NCBI GenBank assembly: GCA_003344405.1
Contig: NOWV01000326.1
Location: 1 to 47,623 of the forward strand
Source: Trichoplax sp. H2
Lineage: Eukaryota
Length of the DNA stretch: 47,623 nt
Direction: 5' to 3'
Shown: one piece after another, positions 35,749-47,623 of the stretch
Position numbering within the stretch: the first letter of the stretch is position 1
How the letters are laid out: every line of letters starts with the position of its first letter
Program-made: the position numbers and the translations under genes
Notes under the pieces: model-generated
What the model was told of the DNA's origin: nothing
Seen by the model: only the letters and a program-made list of their open reading frames with translations
The model's database searches: none

Positions 35749-37353
35749 TAAATATCGCACAAAGTTGTTAATGTTCTTAACTAAGATTATCTACTGTGAA
35801 TCATTTGTATACAAAATACATTGACATTCTCGACGGTAATCTTTCCAACAAATCATGTATGAAATTAAATTAAAATCTTTTTGCTATAACTCAATTTCGA
35901 CTGGCAATTGCAATGGAAAGAGAGATTTCAGTATGAAATTGAAACGTTACATGTTGCATTGTACCAACCAATTTAAATTATAAAATGTGAATGTACATTC
36001 AAATTAATAAGTCAATCTATAACCTCTATTTCTTACTTAGATTGATTAAATTAATGTCATAAAATGTTTAACTCATTATGTATAACCTGAGTAATTTGAA
36101 ATAAATGATAACCATATTTATTCGGGCTGCTATTATCCGTAGGCAAGTCTGAATAATATAGCGTAAAAATTTCTTTTTTAATTTCTAAGTACGACAACTG
36201 CTGCAGCGATAAATACTATGCTAGATTGCAAGTATAATATCAATAATTTTCAATCTGTATCGAGTTTGAGTTAAAATTTAACAGCAAATTGTGAAAGATA
36301 TTTCATTTCTGGATAGTCTACAGTATAAAAATATTTTGATTTACAAGATGTTCTCGTAAATATATGAAAAATAGGAAGAGCAATACCGGATTTGTTAGGG
36401 GTAACTGCCATATGGGTATTTATTCTAATCAAGCCTTATTTAACATGGCGTAACAGATTATATATATTATGAGCGTTAAAATACTTTATACTACAACTGA
36501 TTATGAAGATAAATGACTACAAGATGCCAGATGATAATCTTAAAATTTTAAATCACTACAGTTATTCATATACAAGTAACAGATACAAGCTAAACTATAA
36601 TCTCTGTAATAAATCAATCAAGATTTAAAATTTTAAGTTAAGGATTTATTGGCTAATTAAAAGAGATAGTCGTATTTCATTAATCAATAGATTTTGTAGC
36701 ATTAGCATTTAAATAGCTTATTTGATCGTATAAAATCGAAGATCATTTTTACAAGATTTTTACAGTTTAAGCGACTCATCAAGAGAAGAATATCTTAATT
36801 TGTGTGTGAGCGCTAAATCGGCTAGATTATATACCATACTTAATATCTAGTTATTCTCTTTAAGCCATTAAAATATTCGGTAACATGATATCGGTAAATA
36901 AAATATCTCTTAAAATTTTATAGAAATATGAAGACAAACGAATAATCCCGTATCATGTATAGTTAACGAAAATAAACCATCTTTAGAGTAAACTATTGAT
37001 ACTTTAAAATATGAGCAATTATATCGAATACTAGCTTAAAAGAACATGGTATTGGTAACATAACTTTCGTTAAAAAGGAAATTAATATACTTATTGAATG
37101 ATAGCTTTACGAATATACACAGTGAAATAGGGCCTTCTCGAAAATGTTAGACCACAAGATACAAATAGGAATTACATTTTGGTGAGAGATTGTAGAAAAA
37201 AAATGTATCTAAGAGTTGTTCTAAATTATTTTAAAATCAGAAAGGCCCTCCACAGCTTAGACGGCTATTTTACTTTTTTAACATCCAGGTCTGGATATAA
37301 ATAGAAGTATTAAATTAATTATAGTTATGTTAATGACTTAATAACAATTTCTA

Positions 37354-39766
37354 TTAATCTTCCTTGATATAAACTTTTGGTCTTGAAAAAATCTTGATAG
37401 CTTCATCAATTTCGGCTAGTTTACGTTCGACTTGAGTCTTTCGGTTCATAGCTGTATATGAATCGCACCGTAACGGCATCTTTGCTAATTTCATAGCTAA
37501 CTCTCTTTGATCTAGTGCAGGGAATACATTTAATAGTTAAAATTCAAATTAGAATTGAAGTTTAATTTATTTTAGAAAACTGTATATACTTTCAAATAGG
37601 GCTGCGAGTGTTTCCCTTCTTTCTGCATCAGGCATTAATGTATGACCGGGTGGCATATTAGGGTCCGGTATTGAGGCCAACCGCCTTTCTTCGTCTCGCC
37701 TCCACTGCTCTTGACGCTTTGTTAGACTAAAATGAATGTAGAAATTAAAGAATTAGAAATTAATTTATACTATGAAAACGATTAATTTTAAATTTTCTGT
37801 AACAGCAAATAAACTAACTATTTCGGTATTTTTCCTTTAGGATGACTTTTTTCATCTTGATTTTTCTTATCTAAATGTTCTTTGACGGACTCTGTAGAGG
37901 GAGATTTTCGCACCTTGGTATTGATTGCTTCACGAACGTTACGATTTAAGTAGTTTATATCTTTTCGCACTTGTTGAAACTATAGCAAAATCAAATATCA
38001 AAGTATCAGCATTAGAAACGTCAAGATTTTCGATATGAACTGAATTCTACATAGAGGATAGTATACCTGTTTATTACATTCTTTAGCCTTTGGAACTGAT
38101 AATTTAGTTGCATTAACTACTAATGGGCCTATTGTACTTTGTGAACGATTTTCTTTCAAATGTGAAGGGATTCCTTTGCCTGAGTGAGAGCGTAAAAATG
38201 TTGCCGAAACAGACCTTGGAGCTGGTGGAGGATCCTACAATATTGTATTTTTATTGAGTGCAAATGTCCGCTGTTAAATGCTGCTTTTAAACTATAATCG
38301 TTAGGCATTTATCAATGTAATACTATTTCAGAACTATCATATCCATATGGTGTAGAATTAAGATTATCGATCTTCTGAATAAATAAAAGTCTTAAGCGTA
38401 AATCGGTGTAATAGTATTAATGATCGAGTATGGCTAGATCAATAATTTTAAATACTTCCATTATTCGTATATGTTTATAAAACCAACAACTAAATATTTA
38501 AGATTTTGAATTAAAATTGTACTGTATTCTACCTGAATAATTTTAGCAACTTTTGAAGTCGCAGTAGCAACAAATCGTTCCATTTTATACATGGGTTTAG
38601 TAGGTCGATTTTCTTCGTTTTGTTTTCTTTCCTGATTTGTCTTTTGTGTTTGTTTTATTCGACGCATGTTCTCCAACATAAAGTTTTTTGTCGTTTTACC
38701 TAGAATGCAATCGGATGAGAATTATGCTGATAGTTGTATCGTAATAGAAATCGACCAATTATCGAATATGAATATACGCAAACTTCTGAGTTTAAATTTT
38801 TACAGATTCTTTTTTCTTGAAAATATTTGCGTACATTTGTGATTGAAATTATCAAGATTCATTTGGATTTGAAATTATTGCAAGATTATTAACGTATGAA
38901 TTTGTCATTGGTAACTGTATAATAATGTTGATAACTCAAGACTAATATTTACCTTCTGGATAATTTAACGTTACAAACTACTGGTACTAATTTTAGTTAT
39001 TACCATCATGGTGATACTCAGTAGACTTTTTTCGTTACATACACGTATGTATTAGAATTTTATTTAATTTAATTGCTAATGAAAGTTTTAATAAAGTGCT
39101 TTTGATTTCCATCGTACAAAAACAATCTTGTTGAAAATTGAAAGTAGTGATATTCCCTTGATAACTCTACATATAATAATAAATAGACTATTTTTTTTAA
39201 ATTGCTACCACCTACGTGAGATTTTTAAATGAGTTATAATGCATGGACAGCCTTGTTAGTGTCTGATAGTATAAGATACTTTAGATGTGTGACAAAAATA
39301 TCATGGACTTTTTAGTAAGTAGATTTTATAGGCTACCTGTCATAACTTGTAGTAATGTAATACTTGGTAATACTTTAAATTAATGCTATTACGGTACATG
39401 CTGAGTTTAATATCTGAACAGATAATCACATATATGGGCTACTGAAATTTTATCCTTCTAATTGGACGAGCAATTGCTACAACAGTAAATACTATAATAT
39501 GGATTACGAAATTACAAGCAATTTAATTGTCCATGACTATCGTATTCTTTCTAACAGTCTAAAAATTTGAGGAATATCTTACCTTTACCAGACACATATG
39601 GAGTATCAGAAAATAAAACTCCCACCGTGCCTGTGTGAGAATGAGCGATTCGTACAGCATCACCACGTAATCGTGGATTAGGACCTGCGGATAAAGGTCG
39701 TGATGTTGGGCGAGCACTATCCGGATCAGGAGGAATAGTCCAACGAGGTTCTCTCGATGTAGCCAT
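37354..39766 (-). CDS. ENKD1: Enkurin domain-containing protein 1, 6 exons
   Basis: N-terminal IPPDP...RPTS, ENMRRIKQTQ, FLRSHSGKG, KGKIPKYLTKRQEQWRRDEE, PDPNMPPGHTLMPDAERRETL. C-terminal ERKLAEIDEAIKIFSRPKVYIKED*. Confidence 0.92.
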
Positions 39767-40753
39767 CTTTATGCAATTGCGATATGGTAATGCCCAACTT
39801 TATTATGCTCCGCAATGATAGAATGATTCCAAAATAATTTATCAGTTAATTACGATGCTCAAGCGTAAGTTAAACTCTGAATCCAATAATTCTATTGCAC
39901 GTTTATTACATTTTACTTTGAATGATAATAAAAGGAATACTTTTCTGGCGATTATTACTTGAATAGTTTCCAGTTAATACGAGTTGATGATAACTCGTAG
40001 CTGATGATTTGCTTCTGAGTAATGTAGTAGAATAACTGTACAGGCACAGAAAATAGACTTTAATCGACTACTAATAAACTCGTTAAAGTATAATGTCTAA
40101 TACAGACTGACTAGTGATATCGCGATCACTGCTATCGCACTCTTATTTTACTATAACAGTATCGTATAATGTATATTACGATCGCCTAACTTATAGTTAA
40201 TTTGTATACCTTACTTTGATTGTCCGAGTATCTATACTGAAATAATATTTTCTAACAGCTGCTATTGCTACGAGCATAACGGTAATATTATGATACATTA
40301 TTATCCCATAATAATAGCTATAATATTAACCTCGATTAATTAAGAAGAAAAAATTTAATGGAATAGAAATAAGAATTTAAATTTTTGCGTCTGCGTAAAC
40401 CAAAACATTCTTTTGTTGAAAACCTGAATAAATTTATGTCCAGTAATATTATGCACCTACAACGAACCATGCGCGGGATACTGTCATTTACTATTTTTGG
40501 AAAGCCGTATCAATTACTAGTAGAGTAACATTTCCCAGTGCGTGTATGTTCATTTACTATAGAATATGCATCCTCGATTAAAGTATGCAACACCTCCCGG
40601 AATGTAGTATTTCTTGCCTCTAGGAGAATACACAGTACAGGAGATATGGTTCCATATGAATTAGCATAAAAGTTGATTATTATAGTGTAATAGGTTACAG
40701 GAGTCAGCGAGTTATAGCTTCTATACTTGAAAGGCTGACATCAAAAATATTCG

Positions 40754-40767
40754 GTAACCATGGTGAC
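40754..40767. promoter_or_regulatory. X-box-like element ~1 kb upstream of ENKD1
   Basis: GTAACC-AT-GGTGAC, one mismatch to the X-box consensus. Confidence 0.35.
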
Positions 40768-41249
40768 ATTACTGACATGCCCCCCCCCATTTATATCAAC
40801 TATGAGCGCATATTAGGTTAGCTAGCATTCTACGATGCAGCATACTAAAAAATTCATTTAAAAATACTTATAGATGCAATTCTAAATTTAAATAATTATC
40901 CATTTATTTGCCTACCTTTCGTATATTATTAAGGTATCCTCTTCAAATTCTAATCCAACTTTAGTAAGACTCCTATACTGTATTTGTAGTATATAGTTAT
41001 AGTATGTCAACTTTCTTAGACAGTTCGTCATAGATGTTACCCATAAAATTGAGTGATAAGTAGTTTCTATTAATATTGATTATATGACTAAGTAACTACC
41101 ATAACACCTAATATGCGGTGAAGTAATTATGTACAGAGGAATTAGGATATACCGCACTCGAAGACTAAGTTTTATACGCTGTTTGATCAAATAGTTAATA
41201 ATTACATTATCACTTCATTACAGATCATAAAATTGGAATTTTTCTATTA

Positions 41250-41535
41250 CTTTAATCTCGCTGATCTTCAAACTGTTTTACTATGCGAATCCTTACAGTT
41301 GATTGACAGGAATGATATCATGTTCTCCTATCGGCTTATATTAATACTTACAGTAACTAACATCAAATCATAAAACTGTAATTTACTCCTTCTAATGCTT
41401 TAATCTCGCAGATTTTGAACTTATTTTACTTTCAGTCCTATGTTTTCCTTTAAAAGCCCTTAACGTATCCTTTTACAATATATTTTACATTGCAGTCGAT
41501 TGATAGGAATGATATGATGCTCACCTATCGGCTTG
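41250..41535 (+). repeat. Degenerate local duplication
   Basis: The blocks tttaatctcgc.gat.tt and gattga.aggaatgatat.atg...cctatcggctt both occur at ~41250-41338 and ~41398-41535. Confidence 0.6.
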
Positions 41536-42618
41536 CAATAATTAGGATTGTTTAGATCAAGATGATCACTTAAATATAAAGCCTGATTTATTTCTATTTC
41601 ATGCAAAGTTGATCACGTTAGGGGAACTAACCACACAGTCTGCATCGGTTTCATTCGAAAGTATTACAACATGACAATTATTACATCTTTATATAATCAC
41701 TGCTCATTTTAGTAATCCATCTTCATTTTCTTTTTGGTAGCAACTGGCATTATCATTTTAGTAAATACTGTGTTAAAGAGCTATATCTGAAAGGATATTA
41801 TTAATATAGACATCACGCAATAATTCTCTATGATTTAACAAATAATTACCCGTATTAAGAGAATTGATAAAAGTATATTAATTTAAATTAAGGTATTAAG
41901 CTATCGTGATATCATATTTTTAATAGCAACTTACGGCCTACGGAAATAAATTATATAACAACAAGGAAGCATAAATTATAAGATTTCTCTTTAAATCCTT
42001 TATTTTACTGCTTTAGAGATTTAACATATCGTAGATGGTATAATATTCAATAACTGTATGAGTTAAGATTCTTTCCATTCCTATAGTGAAGTTATACAGT
42101 AATATAGCATTTTATGAATTATAATTCATGCTGTTGAAGATCTTATAAATGACTATCAATGAGACGATACTTATTGTAATATATATATATATATATATGC
42201 ATATTGTTAGATAAGATTAATTTTAGCCAATTAATTCAATAAGAAAGAGTGAGATAGGAGAAGAAAATGTGAAGAAACGAAACTGATTAGTATTTAGGAT
42301 TTATATTTGCTTTCATGCATTCAAAATGGTTAATGCTAAACTAGTTCTTGAAGTGATTGATTTGAAACTTTTTAAGATTATCGCCAACATGATTTAAGTG
42401 GATTAATGCTAGCATCATTTCTAAATTAAGACTGTACCCATGGTATCTAATAATCTATAAACTGCTTAAACTATAATTGATACCTTAGATCCATTACATT
42501 TTGGGCTATGGAAGCTCTACTTTTTGAGTACAGTGTAGACTTTTATAAGTAAAAGATTTTCCAACATCATATCAGAAAGTGCCATATGAAAGCAGTATAA
42601 TTTGCAGTGCCACTAAGA

Positions 42619-45600
42619 TTAAGACTTGCCATTTTTTGTAATGGTATAGTTATTCGATTGGCTTATAGAATGTAAATCGGTATAGCTTGATGATCGTGAA
42701 GTTATATTTTCAGGGTGTTGAACTCCTAGATAGTCATCAAAAATTTTAAAATATTAATTGATCTTTCTATCTACTAATGAAAATAATTTTTAAATTTTAG
42801 TTTTCATATGTATAACCTCTGGATCTGCCAAGTGAAGGGGAATTGATATTCTTTTTCGCTGAATTACTGCTGGTATATCGTTTCTGATTAAATTAGAAAT
42901 AGAATATAGATGGAAGAGTGAGATATGAAAATAAATGGAATTATTATGCTAATGATAATCTAAATTCTAGAGTACCTATTAAGAATTGATTAATGTATCA
43001 TATGAGCCTTACCGAAGAACCACAGAATCTGAAGTTGCGGTTTCGAAGCGCTTCCATAATCTATCCGAAAGCAATGATGATGAATAATACTCTTGATTCA
43101 ATTTGATGTACTGTAGAAATACCTACGAATTAAAGTACTTTACCTGTTGGTCAAATATGCAGTGAAATACGAAAACAAAGACACCTTGGAAGCTTAGTAA
43201 GATTGTAAACAAATAACGTGGAATAGGATGTCTGAGTTGAACAAAGAAGATAAAAATCCAACAAATTCCAAGTAAAGGTAATAGCGCAAATGCTCGACGA
43301 AGATCATTCCTGGTTTTGTAAATCAAATGCAATTTCAATATTAAGATGATGTTGATTCGTATGTACAGTATTATAGAAGAGATATTACATAATTTATATT
43401 GTAAATGCGATAGGATTGTTATATAAGAAAATTGACTTACTTTAGAACTTGTCTTTTATTAAGCTCTTGATTAGAAACTTTATTAGTAAAGTTAGATTTT
43501 TTATGGATAATATAAATGAGTATGCAAAAGATGACGACGTTGATCTAGTAATAATGAGATTATCATTAGAAAATGCAACTTTTAATTTGCAACAATACTA
43601 TCATTCTAGATTTTTAATCTATTAAACAGATACTAAGGATAATACGTTATTGAACAAAAATATTAGACCCATGCATGCTTATATTACTCTAGCTTCCATA
43701 TTCTAATTATAATCGTTTGTATTAGGACTAGGTATGCATATAAAGTCAGAATCATATTGAATGTGTGTAAAGATTAAGTTGAATCACTTAGATAGCGTGT
43801 CAGTTATAATATTTTACAACTTGAAAGCAATTAAATTTCATGATTAATTAAACTTAGTAATCGCTATGACTTACTGTAACAACAAATGCCATTGGACCCA
43901 AGAAGAACCAGATAAAATTACTTGTTAGGAAGCAACTAAAAAAATTGAAGATATCAGTACCAACCATTCCATATTAGCCAGAATGATAAATACAGAATAA
44001 AAGTGTCCGTAAATGCTAATTCTATTCCACTTGTTACTTACGCATCGACACCACCATAAGCATGTGGTGCAACACCAGCAGTTATGCCAACAATAACAGC
44101 AGGAACAACTATAAAATAGAAAACAATAATCATATTTTGCTCCAGCATATGACTATTGGTAAATTATTATAATCTCCAATAGAGAGTAACTATTACTTTA
44201 AACGTCTCCGTTAAAACTATCATTAGTTCTAGTATACATACTCCATCCAATAACGGTGTAAATAACTATCCACAAACGCCCACTCTTGATAAATATAGTT
44301 ACCAATAAACGATATAAATGAACACCTTCCGCTAGCTGCCAAGTGAAAACTGCAGTGAATAGGTAATGTAAAATTACAGCAATAGCTGTGCAAGCAACCT
44401 AAAAAAAAATCGTTTTATTATTAGTAAACGGAGCCGGTTAGTAACAATAATAAGCGATTATCATTTATATATATGGCAGTTAAACAATTATAGAGATTAT
44501 ATCTTACATATAGATTAAAGCTATCACATTACTTTGTCAATTAGATATTTTAATAGCAACTTACATTATTAGCAACGTATCTCCTATCGGCACCAAATAG
44601 GAAAATTACATTGGAGGAGATGACTGCAGCAATGAGATTGCCATGGATATACCATTTCCTTGTTCTAGGCAATCTAAATGATTAATTTAAAGTTTTAAAA
44701 ATGTCAATGTAATTCCTAAAAGTCTGCCCTTGGTCTTACTCTACTGAATATTAATCGATTAAACATTAAAGCTATTGTTCGATTAGAAGTGTACACAATT
44801 ACGGATAAAATTTGAATTACGCAGAATGATCGTATGGATGCATTGCAAATTTATTTTTACAATTTAATTTTCTATGTACCTTAAGAAGATCAGACATGCC
44901 ACCAACAACACCAAGCATACAGTGGAAAAGGATAATCCTACGATAGTGATGATGGACAAAATTGGAGCGTGAACATCAATTGGTTGACTAGGAGGAAAGC
45001 TGGTATTGGTAATATTGGTATTATTGCCGATATATGTGATATTTTCGGTTGGTGCTGCAGTCTGTTAGATTATATTAAGAAATGGTAAATAAAAGACAGG
45101 ATTCATATGCTTGATATGGTTATCTGATTTTAATCAGTAAATATTCGTACCAGATTTTTAAAAGTCTGGCTTATATAGTATATTAATAATAATGATTATT
45201 TTACAGCTATCATGATGGTATATGTGGACACTTACATTTGAGCCAATACCGATAACATCAATACCTAAAACATTATATAAAATCGTATCATTGAGGAAGG
45301 CTGGTGGAACAACTGCGCCGACTACAACGCAGTTATAATTTATATTTTGGATTATTTCGTTATAGACAGAGGATGTATCATAGTTGACGTTGGTGAATTC
45401 TTCTTGACTGCCTAATCTTTGGTTAACAAAGCTTGGGCTTTTCAAATTGCTTGCTAACTGGTAGAATAAAATGCGCAAATGGCGCCTTTGCACTTCCTTT
45501 GCATTCAAGCAATAGAATAAACGAAATAGATTCAAATTTGAGATTCGAGCGTAGTTATGATATATACGTATAGAGGGAACAAACTGTTGAAATTGTATCT

Positions 45601-47179
45601 ATAACAAATCTGATAGTTGGCAGGAAAGATTACAACTAGTATTTTTTGATATTTATAATGTAAATCAATGCTAATTTTTATTAGTTTTTAATTTTTTATG
45701 AAAATAAATATCCCGAGATGGTTGAAAGACAAGCAGTATCGTTCATTCTTAAAATGAATGCTATAAAATAATTTACTTACATCGATTCGGCATTCAGAAT
45801 TTCCATTCAAGGTATTTATGATTAAAGCATTAGCAGTATTTAGTAGACACTAAATGCAAAATAAAAGTATTATAAGACGTTAATACGGAAATTCGATCTA
45901 GTTATAATGTTACAGTAATATTTTTCAGTCCGCTAACGTAAAAAGTAAAGTAATTACAAACTATCTTTCAATTGGCTATGACTTCATATTGGTAATGTTT
46001 TTATTTACAAGTTTTCTTAGTACTACGTCAACTCTTTCATTCTGTACTTGCATCAACTTTTATGAGACTGCTATTGCCATGTCATGATTTCTTACCGCAG
46101 TTACATTCATATAGGCTGCATAGGTTGCATCTGAAAGTTGCCTTCGCTTCTGTATATTGAATATTTGGCCTAGAACTGAAATTGGGCGCGGTCTGTTAGG
46201 TACTACATCCCATTTCTCGTACAAAAATGAGGCCAATTGATTTAGATAAGCCAACGTATAATTTTTGGCAAATTTTCGGCTCAACTGGAGTAAAAAGATA
46301 TTTATGGGAATCAATGGAATTGTACATGAATAAATGTGCTGTACAGAAGGCACCGAATGATACTCGTCGCTAAAGAACAGAATACTAATAACTTTAGCAT
46401 ACCCTTTCTTGAATTGAGTTAATATGAATAGATTGGCAAGCACATCGATCGACATTTTCCCAATTTGAAAATATCCCATCGCTATCTTTCTTACATGTCC
46501 TTGTTAAATTGCCTACCACTGGATGAGGTGAAAAGGTGGTCTTACATTTGGATAATTTAGCGACTCCACCGCTTGGTGTACTTGGCCAGATAACGCTGTC
46601 TTCTTGAATTGATTTACATGGCGAAGCTTCTATTAACGGTTTGAAAAGCATTACAGAAGTAAGAAACAAGTCGAAATATTTATATCTACACAAATATTGG
46701 CATAGTGAATCGGCTTTTGGTAAGTAAACGTATAAATTTCTACTAGCTAGTATGAATTTTAAATTGACAAAAGCAGTGATAGAGCTTATGAATTTACCAG
46801 GAAGCAATTAAATGTGCAAACAGACTTTCTTACAGTTCGGATAAAGGCGTTAATTATTCTTCTAATACTAAAAAGATTTGTTATACAAACTTACCGTAGC
46901 CGGGTGGGCAGCTGTTGGTATTACTACTTCCATCTTGACAACAAACAGCTTTTCTACCTCCGAGTTTACTAGTAGCATCATTAACCATCATGGCTACAGT
47001 CGCCGCATCCTGAAGAATAACAATTAGTTACGGTACAGTTTAATTTAGTTTGCACCTTAGCGGAGTCTATTCCAGTAAATCTGGGGAAAATTTCGAGTAA
47101 AGAATTTATTAATCGATATTCTTACCGAAGAATTACAGGTATTCGTTGCTGGAATCACATTTCCTATCTCAATGATGCA
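42619..47179 (-). CDS. Adhesion/class B (7tm_2) GPCR with HRM domain, at least 16 exons, 5' end unresolved
   Basis: HRM exon 46629-46403 (C...VIWPSTPSG...C...GNLTRTC...W...DRCAC). TM1 HAPILSIITIVGLSFSTVCL, IHGNL, ACTAIAVILHYLFTAVFTWQLAEGVHLY, IGW-IVPAVIV, IWFFLGP, LLPLLGICWIF, YLFTILLSFQGVFVFVFHC. Stop TAA at 42619-42621. Confidence 0.88.
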
Positions 47180-47623
47180 CTAGTTGAAAAGTAAAAGTAA
47201 ATTGGTAAGTGAATTAAAGAAGTCACCCTATTTCAGTAAAACTGCAGCGATTTAAATATGAATAAGTTGATAAGTATAATGATGGAGACAAGGAGTGTTT
47301 TAAATTTGATAGCATAGCTATCAACTATGCTTAAATATCGCAATTGATATCCTGCAGATATAATTTAAGCATAGTTATAACTCCTCTTTGAGAAGGCTAT
47401 CCTTGGTTACTTCTGTAATTAGTAGAACTTGATACAGGTTAGCGGCTAAGTAACGGATTAAAATCTAAGATAGTAACAGCTCAGAATTTCTGTAATCGTA
47501 TGGAATTCCAAATCTCTAAAGTGTAGTTTCTTCAAGTCAGTTATGTGTAATCTTACTTTTCGTACTTATCTTTAATTTTACCAGTGTTTATATCTAGTTT
47601 TATTTTAAGTATGATTATGTTGC

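Noticed and set aside
43111..43143. Apparent 33-nt intron or stop read-through (QVKYFNS*VFLQ) in the GPCR
   Set aside because: An 83-nt GT-AG intron (43143-43061) gives a better helix-8-like continuation, IMEALRNRNFRFC.

Overview
This is AT-rich, intron-dense animal genomic DNA with mostly short (~70-200 nt) introns. It is most consistent with a non-bilaterian metazoan, probably a placozoan such as Trichoplax (inferred, not database-checked). Eight spliced genes were reconstructed by eye: an SLC52 riboflavin transporter (-), a mitochondrially targeted, bacterial-like class II aldolase/adducin-head protein (-) head-to-head with PNKP (+), the nuclear receptor HNF4 (+), DCAF11/WDR23 (+), a C2orf81/DUF4639 homologue (+), ENKD1 (-), and an adhesion/class B-type GPCR (-, 5' end unresolved). 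Notable observations: a clear U12-type AT-AC intron in DCAF11; a GPCR with an HRM domain and 7tm_2 but no GPS motif; DR1-like nuclear receptor elements clustered in and upstream of HNF4; RFX X-boxes upstream of the two cilia-associated genes; three Helitron-like 3' ends; a small MITE-like element; promoter-associated TACTG/CAGTA arrays; and haplotype-like duplications around 20-N gaps that expose indels of about 157 bp and 1 kb. I found no wholly new multi-gene system.
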